Shown in pieces: positions 53,447 through 64,000 of a stretch of 64,000 nt of DNA. A program made the translations under genes and the position numbers. The stretch is from Paramecium tetraurelia (lineage: Eukaryota). The stretch lies in NCBI GenBank assembly GCA_000165425.1, contig CT868061.1, forward strand, positions 1 through 64,000, given 5' to 3'. Position 1 is the stretch's first letter, and the number at the start of each line of letters is the position of its first letter. The notes under the pieces were generated by a model. It was not told the origin of the DNA, made no database searches, and was given only the letters and a program-made list of their open reading frames with translations.

Positions 53447-54593
53447 TCATATAAAATTAAACATGTTTTCTGTAGGTTTAGATGTTTTCGAAATGAGACA
53501 GCAAGTCTAATAGTTATGATGGTTTGCTTTTCCTCATCTTCATAGCCAATCTTGAGATCAACTACCTATCAATAGTGTGTTTCTGTTTTGCTGCGTAAAT
53601 CAATTCACCAACATTGAATTATAATATGCTACTTTCGTGACCTTAAAAATTAAATCCATAATCCTCCTCCTTAAACTATTCTAATTGTTTGTATGTCACA
53701 TCAATGAAACCTAATATTAATTCAGGAATGCCTCGAATCATTCCCCTTACCATCAGATAATCCCAGCATCTAATGCAATCATCTAACTTGAACACATATA
53801 TGAACAGTGATAAAATCATTTTGCTAATCCAGAGTGAATCATTCACATCTTTTAGTTTCAGTTTTGGAAACTTCTTACGAATTAGATGATGTATCAATTT
53901 AATGAAAAAGAAATGTAGTGGCATATCATGACAAAAGTTAAAGCATAGTAAATGTTTTTCATTGGTTAGCATTTACATAAAGCATTGGAAAGTCTTGTGT
54001 TCATCACAGCCAGACACTATCAATGCCAAAGCACAGACAAAGTTCATTCCTTAACAATAACCCACTCCTGGCAATGCATTTGATATGGCACATAGAATTC
54101 GCTTGAGTTGTTCTTGGCCACAACTCTCATGTTTGAATAGAGCATGATTGACCAGAGTTCTATCAATATCTTTTAGAATGCTTTTGACATCCAAAGGCTT
54201 GTATTCCAAGTATTTCTCATAGGACAATTGGATTTGTCCATTAGTAAGAAGTGCATTCCAAGTGGCCCATCTATATTATTTGGGGGGTCCCAGAAGCACT
54301 AGTTCTTCGAATTCTGGTTTATTGCATAATAGATTGATGGTGGTTTGGATGTCATCGACATAATTCAAGGTGGCAATGGCTTGGGCCCATCTTTAGGCTG
54401 AATGTTCGTTCTTATAATGAGGGATTGCGGGTCCACATTGAACCATCTTAAAAAAATTAGCATTTTCCTTGTCCATTAATGATTGGACACAGGAGCCTGA
54501 TTTTAGATCTTCTCTTCTCCATTTGGTGTCTGGAGATCCTTGGCGAGTTGGATTGTTTTGTATTTCTCCTAAGCAGACATTGTTGTTTCCCAT
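53447..54593 (-). CDS. TBC-domain Rab GTPase-activating protein
   Basis: GPPKQYRWATW, ILKDIDRT (Arg finger), GYCQGMNF (Gln finger encoded by TAA), IRCWD; N-terminal MGNNNVC acylation motif. Confidence 0.9.
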
Positions 54594-54719
54594 TGACTAG
54601 ATAAATAAAATTAATGATAAAATTAAACAATAATTGTAATATAAACTAATCAATATTCAAATCTGATTATGCATAAATTTGAAACACATGCGAATTATTA
54701 TAATATTAATACAATAATA

Positions 54720-55007
54720 TCATTTAATCATTTTTGCATCATAACCAGTGCCTGGAGCCAAAACCTTGATTCTGGGAACTCGAGGGAATGAGTGCACATA
54801 ATTTTTCCAATCCTACCTGTAATTGTGGGTCTAGTAGAATGGGGTGGCAGGTTTCTGGTATTGATATGACTATCTGCTTGCACTCGTGAATCCTGCCGAG
54901 TTGACTCTTTGGAGGGGCGCTTAGTTAGTGATGCCTGTCGATTTAAATGGCTATTTGGTAATCCCAGAAGGAACACGAACAACAGCAAGAGTTTACTGTT
55001 TTTGCAT
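54720..55007 (-). CDS. 95-aa basic small protein of unknown function
   Basis: GC-rich code-6 ORF MQKQQTLAVVRVPSG..HNYRQDWKNYVHSFPRVPRIKVLAPGTGYDAKMIK*. Confidence 0.65.
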
Positions 55008-55162
55008 AAATTATTTATTAAATACAAATAAGAATAGTTGTCACTTATTCTTATTCTAATTAATAATGATTTTCGATTTCACATTTGGAGAGCAAAATTA
55101 AATTTAGGATTTGTTCTGTTTAATGAGTGTTTTAAACCTGTTAAATAAATTCATATTTAATT

Positions 55163-58100
55163 ATGATTATAATTAGAGCCTTCAGAAATACTTTTTGCAG
55201 AGCCTCTATTTCAACATCCACAACAACATCATTTCCTCAAGTCTACAGGCACAAATCCCAACTCCTGGAAGTGTCAGAATCATGCAAAATTATCAACCAA
55301 TTGCCACATGAACTCATCGAACAGAGCTGCAATATCATCACCAACCATTTCTTTCCACTTCATGAAAACTACAAGCGAATCATACCCAAAATCGAGGAAG
55401 TCCTCAAGAACCCTTCATTAACCAAAGGCACTCTTTTTTAAGGTCAAGATTCCCAGTCGATTGCTGAACAGATTTACGAGATGGTCATCTTGATCGTTGA
55501 TTTTGCAGACAAATTGAACATCGGCTTCTTGACTGGAGACATCCACCCACTCACATTCAGTATCATCCAGAGAGAAATCGAAATCACACAAGATGTCGAT
55601 CTCCTGAATGAGAATCTCAGGAAGTCCCTATTCAATATTGGTAAACAATACAAATTGCCACTCAATGGTATCAAACACCCCGACAATGAGAACCCTAGGA
55701 ATTTATTTGAGAGACAATTAATCATTGAATAAGTGTCCAATGAATTGGCACTTGACAGATTCTAGTAGGTTTTCGATGACTTACAGAAGATGTCCAAGGC
55801 ACAACATTTGTTTGCTGCCCAGAAATACATTGTGGAATGGTTCCCTAAGTTGTGCGCCTTGGTCTAGTAGGAGTAGATCCAATGTTTTAGTGACCCCAAT
55901 AAGGAACAGCAAGGGTACCATTAGTACATCACAGCAATCCAGAGTGAAAAGTTGGCAATCATAGCTTTGTCTGAGTTGATGAAGGAGTTCATTGAAGCAG
56001 CTGTGTTATTCCATGAGGAGAAGACCACTTTGAATTGTTATTAAATAAGAGTCACTCGTTTGGCGAATAGAATCGGGGAGTAAATAATGAAGCAGCATTT
56101 GTATGAAGAGGAGTAGAAGAATCTAAGAAGGAAAAGCAAGGAAGACATTTAGAAGATGATAGAAGAAGGAACCGTACCTTAAGATTAGTCGGAGGAGGAA
56201 ATCTAAAATTAGAAGGAACTTTTCTATAAGCAGGCAGTGGTCAAGGCTGGAAAGTTGTTGAAGACTCAATAGGAGAAATTAAGAGAGAGAATTAGGAATA
56301 ACAGAGTATATTTGGCTAAGTACGGTTAGGCCATGCCAAAGGATATTGCTGCTTAAATTGGTATGGTATTGGTGCATTTCTTGGTTGATTCTATTAAATT
56401 CAGAAATGAGAACAATTTTTGGGTACCTGTGTTGGTCTAAGGTTACAAGAAAGTTAAGTAAGATATTGAAGTTGCAATTTTCAATGTGAATCAATTGTTC
56501 TTGCACCATCTATCAGCTGGAATGCATAAGGACAATTCATACTTTATGCATCTCGATAGGGCATTGCCTATGATATATCCTCCAGCTAAGTGGATGGACA
56601 CTCAAATAGGTGGTTATTACTTGAAGCCTACAAATTTGATTAGAATTTAAGATTAATCATTGTAGGAAGAAGCAGCAAAGAGAGCCAATCTCTAAAATCT
56701 ATATGATATCTTAGACAACATCAGCAAGGTGGCTTGGAGAGTAAACAACAAGGTTTTGAATATTGCCATGTAAGTGTGGGAGTAAGGTGGAGGAATTGCT
56801 GAAGTTCCAAAAAGACAGCATGATAAGACCTATGTTTTCGAACATCAAATCAAAGAGTGTAAGTCGTATGAAGAGAAATATCAATTGTTGAAAATGATAC
56901 AATCACAGAGAGATCTTTACTCATTGCAATGTGATTTTACATTGAAATTGGGAGTGGCATTGGCTTTCAATGGATGTTAAAAGATTTACTTCCCACACAA
57001 TATGGATTTCAGAGGGAGATTGTATCCTATACCTCCTCATCTTAATCACATGGGTCCAGATATTGCAAGAGGGTTATTGGAATTCTCAGAAGGGAAGAAA
57101 CTGGGGAAGAGTGGGTTGAGATGGTTGAAGATTCACTTGGCAAATAAGATGGGTAAGGACAAGTTATCTATGGAGGACAGAGAAGCTTATGTGGATCAGA
57201 ATGTAGATTCAATTATTAAATGTGCTGAGGATCCCATAAAATATTAGGATTGGGCATAATTGGAAGATGCTTGGCAGAGTTTGGCTGCAATGTTTGATTA
57301 TGTGGCAGCCATCAAGTCACCAAATCCAGAGGAGTATGAGTCTCATTTGCATGTTCATTAGGATGGTTCGTGCAATGGTCTACAACATTATGCTGCTTTG
57401 GGTAGAGATGTTGAGGGTGCTACCTAAGTGAATCTAGCCAACACTTCTAAGCCTGGAGACGTTTACACACATGTGGCTGGTATGGTGGAGAGGAGAGTAG
57501 AATTTGATGCCAAGGATTCCTTAAGCAAGGATCACATAATTGCTTTAAAATTGTAGAATCAAATCAAAAGAAAAATAGTTAAATAGACTGTTATGACATC
57601 TGTGTATGGAGTCACCTTCATAGGAGCCAGAGAATAAATTCATAGATAATTGAAGGATAAAGGAATCATTGGGGAGGACGAACATTTGCAATACTAAGCT
57701 TCCATTTATTTGGCTCGAATCACATTGGATGCTATTAAAGATCTTTTTGAAGGAGCTCACAAAATTAAACAATGGCTTATTAAATGTGCTACCATCATAT
57801 CAAATGAAAACTAGCCAGTGAGTTGGATTACTCCACTTGGCTTGCCTGTCATCCAGCCTTATCGTTCCTTAAACAAATACGACGAAGTGAAGACACTGAT
57901 AAGTAATGTGTCCATCGAATCAGATGCTGCTTATGTAAATATTTGACATTATGTTGATAGTTACCAATTAACAAGGTTAAACAGAGATCCGCTTTCCCAC
58001 CAAACTTCATTCACTCTTTGGATTCAACACATCTTATGTATTCATCTATTGAGTGTCTCAAATAGTATTAGTTTATGATAAATTATCGTTAGAGGGATAA

Positions 58101-58324
58101 CATTCGCTGCAGTCCATGATAGTTATTGGACTCATGCTTGTAATGTGGACAAATTAAATGAATTGTTGAGAGAACAATTCGTAAGATTGCATTCTCAACC
58201 ACTTTTGGAGGATTTGAGGGATTCATTTTAGAGAAGATTTCCTCATTTAGAATTCCCTCCAATTCCAGAGAGAGGACAGTTTGATTTAGAGAAGGTCAAA
58301 TAAAGTGTGTATTTTTTTGCTTGA
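55163..58324 (+). CDS. RPO41: Mitochondrial single-subunit (T7-like) DNA-directed RNA polymerase
   Basis: Presequence-like N-terminus; [80 protein letters not shown]; two tiny introns near the 3' end. Confidence 0.96.
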
Positions 58325-58449
58325 TATTTTATATATATATATTGATGTGTGTGATTATGTTGGGTCAATCGAATTGTGTAAGGAACAAAAGTGATATGGA
58401 TGTACAATAAAGAAGAGAGAGAGATTATATATATTATTATTATTAATTT

Positions 58450-61400
58450 ATGATTGACAGAAGACATGAGAAAAAAAAGAGTGATAGTAGTAATACGTTA
58501 AGGATCAAAAAGAGAGAGAGTGAGGAAGTGGAACCAAGTAATCTGTTTTAGAATTCTGATCGGTTTAATTCTAATCATTCGTAATTCAAGCACTCACTTA
58601 ATATCTCTGATAAAAGCAGTTTTCTTGGTCTCTAAAATCCTTTGTTATCATAGGCTAGTATTTCTGACCGAGAAAATCGCAGCAAAAGATATTCTCAAGA
58701 TGAATTTCAAAACAACCTGGAATTTGAATAACCCATACCTTTGATTCAATTACTTGAGCATGAGATCAGACTACGTTGTAGACCGGAACTGCTCAAGTAA
58801 ACAAAGTGTTAAGGCGATTAAACCGAATAGATTATCGCCAATCCAAAAGCAACTCCAGAAATTGACGTAGATCAGGATATTTTACGAAAATACAACAAGC
58901 ATTACACTCGAAACTACAATAGAGATCCTTATTACATCAAATTGGCCGAACTACATGGATACCAAAGAATCAAACACGAGCTTCAGGTAGTCCTTTTTAT
59001 TTAATTATAGAATTATAACGATCCGTATGCGTTGCTTAATGTGCGAAAGATCATTGTTTATATCTCTTTTGTCATCCCCATCTTGGCAAAGACCATTATA
59101 CATTCCATAGCATTTCAGTTATTGATGACAGTATTGATTCTCTTCAATATCACCCTTTATGCAATTGTGAAAACATAACATAGATCGGATACTGATCAAA
59201 TCGAATAGATCATTACTATCCTCTTTTTCACTGAAATCGGATTGCGTATATTATCGCAAGGACTTTTCTTTTCAAAACACGCTTATTTTGTTAATTTCTC
59301 AAACATATTCGATTTTTCAATCGTGATGTTGTCAGCCATTAATTTATATAGGCCAGATATTGTGATAATAGATCTATCGCCTCTTCGTATTATTACTTTG
59401 TTGTAATATTTGGGTGATATTTTCGATGGCTTGAGAGTGATGTTGACCGCTTTAAGACAATCAATCCGATATATATTGGAGGCCTTGGCAATCGTGGGCT
59501 TGTTCTCATTGTTCTTTGCCTTAGCGGGAGTGTTCTTGTTTTAGGGATTGTTCAATTATAGATGTGTGCCTATAAACGAGGAAATTGGGGATGATTGGAT
59601 TCAATGCAATGTAGATCATTGTCCTGAGGGAATGGAATGCAAATACGTTGACGAGACAATCAAGTTGCCCACCTCTTTCAACAATATCATATACTCCTAT
59701 GGTCAGATTCTGAGAACAATTACGATGGATGATTGGAGTTGGGTGATGTTTTTCACTATTAGAATATTCAATCCTTGGATTTGGATATATTATTTATTGA
59801 TAATTTTTGTATGTGGGTTTTTTAGTTTTAATTTGGTTATAGCTGTATTGAAAACTCATTATGCAGAAGCAACTGAATAGTTTTTTTAATAATAGGAACA
59901 GTAAGAAATCAATCAAAAATTATTGGAAGAGAAATAAAACCTAGAGAGAGATGTTACTGATGTATTTGATGTTGCAATGCTTCGTCAAATTGGATTTCAC
60001 AAGACCTTCTAATAATATTATAAATTACTCAATCAACACAAAAAATTAACACAATATAAATTAGAGGATTTTCAAACAAAGAATTCTACTCAACCCAGAT
60101 TGCTATCAGCCAAATAGAGGCTGAACAATAATACAACTGTAAATTATTATGATTGATTTCATAGAATAGCTGTTTTGATAAATTGTTTGAATGTTTAAGA
60201 GAATTCACGTTAAAAAATATTTTATTAACCAAATTCAAAATTCTCAGCAAGCAACAAAAATCACTTGTACTCAAGAATTATACTGAGGATGAAGATTAAC
60301 TTAAAATTTTGGAAGATCTAAACAAATTTGAATTCGCCTAATTATCAAAATAAGTCAATCCAAAATAATATCAAAAATATACAAGTTTAGAAGATGTGTT
60401 ACCATCCTTTGCGTATTAATATACTTTCTATATGAAAATAGAAACATTAGAATTTCCAAGTAAAATATTGATGAGAAGGTTATCGATTATACCAAATATT
60501 AATGTTCCTTCGAATACTTAGTCCCACATAACTAATAAATATTCAGATCCAACAACATTAGGAATAGTTTTAAATGTCCCATCAAAAAAAGTTACAGAGC
60601 AAAAAAGAAATAGATATTTCAAGATGTAGAATCTTAACGCTCCCACGTTGCTCACACCATATACATCCGAAATGAGAAGAAAATTGTAAAAGGATTCAAC
60701 AAGTAAATGCTGAAATCAAAGCATTCCATTCCATTCACAATTCGAAAGTCAAATGTTACTTATCTATTTGTTTAAGGGTATTATTTGAGTCATGATAAAA
60801 TTGCATTTAAAATGAAGTAAAAGATTGAGAAAGAAAAGGTGAACAGTCTCACCTTTGATCTTGAATACAAGAAAATGAGAATGAACGAAATTAAAAAAAA
60901 GAGGATCATTGATCAAAATTGGTCAGGAAATGAAGTCCTCGACACCTAGTACTCAACCTTTAACTTCTAAAATGTTCTAGTGACATTAAATAAAACTGAT
61001 TTTATAGTTTGGATTAAAGGAGTATCAGGGATATTACAAATCCTGAGGAAATATGTAAATAAAATAGTTTCTAGTAAATTTACTGAGATTGCATTGGATC
61101 TCCTTATATTCATAAATTTCACATTTTTAGCAATGTATGGCATAGCTGATGCATCCATCATCTCTCAAGTCGAAGATTTCACTACAATAGTGTTATCCAT
61201 AGAGACATTTCTTCGATATTGCAGTATTTCATTTAAAGAATTATCAAATAATAATGAGAGTATTCTATAGACATTGATTGTTATCTTGAACTTTATTGAA
61301 TTTACAATGAGTGATTATATGACGAAGTTAACTGAACAGAATTTGAGATTGATTAGAGGAACAAAATGTCTATTATTCTATAGATGTTTAAAATATAACA

Positions 61401-64000
61401 GTATGGCAGTGACGATTGGTCACATTGCATCCAAAACCTTTAAATCTTATATATACTTGACGTTTTTGATGTTTATTGTGATATTTTTGTATGCACTGGT
61501 CGGAATGGAAGTATATGCAGGAGAGTTTGATTAAAATGATGTCTTAGGATAATTACATTCATATAACAATGTTCTGATTTCATTTATGACTGTATTTAAT
61601 ATCATGACAAATGATGATTGGTATGGAGTGTTCGTATTGGGTACTGGAATAGATGAGACATTCGGAATATTGTATTCATACTCTATGGTAATTATACTTA
61701 ATTATTTAACATATGGATTAGTATTAGCCATTTTATTGGACGGTTTTAGCAAGTATTTAGATAGATAAATATTCTCAGAAATAGAAGATACAGAACAATC
61801 TAAAATGCAGACTTCTAATACTGAGAAATAAGACACTTAAAATACATAGTAATTAACTGACATCAATCAGACTGTTCAAACTGATTTGATTAAGAATCGC
61901 AAAAGTAAAAAGAAGACTGCTTTGATTCAGCATCTAATAAATTCAATCAGATAAATCAATTAGAAAATATTGGATGCATCTCCTGAACTTTATGATGGAA
62001 TCTAATGTGAACAATCTTTATTCTTCTTCAACAAATCCAATCATTTCAGAATGATATGTATGATAATTGCCAGATCTAGATTGTACAAATTAATTAACGA
62101 TACCTCTCTTACATCATCAATAATCATTTTCATCATCCAGACTTATAATGACTATGAGGAAAACAAAGAAATTTATCCACAGAAAGTGCTGTTTTACCTC
62201 AACATCATCTTAGCAATAGAATATATCATCAATGTAATAGCCAAGGGATTATTCCTGGATCCAGGTTCGCATTTCAATTCCATCTGGCAGATCGTGGATG
62301 TATTTTACATTATTTCCTTCTTCTTTTAATATGAGAAAGATTACTATGTAAAACCAATTTTTTAGATTCTACTTTACTTTGGATATTTTAGACCATTCAA
62401 TCTTTTGAATAGAATCAAATTCTTGAATGTTTTAAGTTCAGCACTCTATCAATCTTTGGTTGATATATTAAACGTATTGTTAACTCTCTTTTCAGTCTGG
62501 ATCATATTTGGAGTGTATGGGATCATATTATATGAAGGACAATTTGGATTTTGTGAAGATAAGATGCAATTCAGAGTCAATTATGAGGACTGTATTCAAC
62601 AAAATAGAACATGGATCAATTTCAAACATAACTTTGACAATATCACAATGGCTATTCCAACATTATTTACAGTCTCCACTTTTGATGGTTGGGGTGAAAT
62701 GCTCCAAATTGCTGAAAACAGTGACAATCGAAATGTTGGACCTGTGCCATTTAATAGTTATATACACACCTATGTCTTTTTCATTACGTTTTGCTTTATT
62801 GGATCTATGTTTTTCTTGAGTTTGTTCACAGGTGTCTTATTTTCTAACTTGAAGGCTAATCAAAGGAAAATTGAGTAGGGGGAATTCAATTAGAATCAGA
62901 AGGAATTTATGGAGATATCGGAAATTATCACCAAAGATATTCCTGTATTTTCTACACCTCCTGACAATGTCATTAGAAGATTAGCATCAATCATCATGAA
63001 TAATTCCATAATGCAAACTTTCTTTTTGCTCATCCTTTTATTGGATGTGGTTAACAATATCATTTTCCATTTTGGTATGAATTTGGAATATCTTGAAATT
63101 ATTAATTACATCCATCATGTATTTTCAGTATTCTTCACAATCTGGAGTATGCTGCAATACTTGGCTTTGGGATTGTTTAGATTTTTTGATAATTATTGGA
63201 GACAATTCCTTTTCATCCTGAATCTCATTGCAGTCATAGATCTGGCTGTAGATCTGAAATACAATTGGGTAGAAATCTATTATTTTTCGAGTCCTTTGAC
63301 TCAATATTATAGACTCTATAGATTGTGTTTTGCTTTGAGGAGCCTTAGATTGATCCTCATTTTTTAGGGTTTGATCAACATTCAGAGACTCATGAGAGTT
63401 ATGGTTTATGCACTCCCATTTTTAGGCAAAATATTCTTCATTCTAATAGACACAATGTTAGTCTTTGCCTTATTTGGATGTCAACTGTATGGATAGATCG
63501 ATTCAGGGTAGGTTATGGATGATCAAATCAATTTTCATAACATTGCTTAAGCTATGCTGACTCTATTTAAATGTGCATCAGGTGATGATTGGAGAACCAT
63601 AATGACTGACACCATGCATCATAATCCTAATTGTTCTACAGATTCAACTTATTGTGGTTCCACTTATAGTTAAATTTACTTTTTTCTGTTTATGTTGTTG
63701 TCCAATTACGTCTTTTTAAATTTGTTTGTCTTGGGATTGATCGAATAATTTGAGTCATTTTTTTAGGTTTAAAATTCAATTATCCAAACTTATGTAGAAA
63801 ATGAAGATAGAATAAAAACGATATGGTGCAAGTATTATTATTATATTTTATAAGATATTCTCCGGAAACTCAAGGCAAGGCTATGCATTATAAGTTTCTT
63901 TGTAGATTCCTATTGGATCTTGGATCTCCTTTGGGAAGAGGAAAGGAGGAGAATCTTTGGGATGCTGCCAAACAAGCCTCTGCGTTCAAATTGAAGTGGT
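58450..64000 (+). CDS. Four-domain (4x6TM) Cav/Nav-superfamily cation channel, 3'-partial
   Basis: Four pore loops TMDDW, TNDDW, TFDGW and SGDDW, each followed by an S6 (FNLVIAV, LVLAILLDGF, LFTGVL, LNLFVL); continues past the window end. Confidence 0.92.

Noticed and set aside
55163..58324. Phage/prophage T7-type RNA polymerase as a viral insertion
   Set aside because: Uses the host code, has tiny introns and a presequence-like N-terminus, and has no viral neighbours. It is the normal nuclear-encoded mitochondrial polymerase.
1..64000. CRISPR arrays, rRNA, tRNA, telomeric repeats, transposase ORFs
   Set aside because: None seen on reading either strand; a covariance-model search would be needed to fully exclude small RNAs.

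Overview
Very AT-rich, extremely gene-dense eukaryotic DNA that reads as a ciliate macronuclear chromosome, most likely Paramecium. TAA/TAG are Gln codons (translation table 6) and TGA is the only stop. Introns are tiny GT..AG introns of about 20-30 nt, and many intergenic spacers are only 13-30 nt, so the supplied standard-code ORF track fragments or misreads most genes. Re-translating by hand gives about 33 genes. Recognisable products include a serine carboxypeptidase, RBR E3 ligase, pseudokinase-WD40 protein, PF16/SPAG6, secreted LamG protein, two CAMK-like kinases (one a pseudokinase), RING protein, ECH1, ammonium transporter, kinesin-8, small Tim, importin-alpha-like protein, Myb, MORN, TPR and EF-hand proteins, Hippo/MST kinase, REXO1-like exonuclease, PGP-repeat protein, gamma-CA-like protein, TBC RabGAP, mitochondrial RNA polymerase and a four-domain cation channel cut by the window end. 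There are also decayed gene remnants and a 150-N gap. Most notable: (1) a channel with a D-D-D-D filter and eroded S4 sensors; (2) a TA-bounded 48-bp IES-like element with perfect inverted ends; (3) a stand-alone TORTIFOLIA1/SPIRAL2 C-terminal-like protein; (4) a TPX2 Aurora-binding-like microprotein next to importin-alpha; (5) a QQYQP prion-like repeat in the RBR ligase. All calls come from manual translation and motif recall, with no database searches. Coordinates span introns and may be a few nt off.
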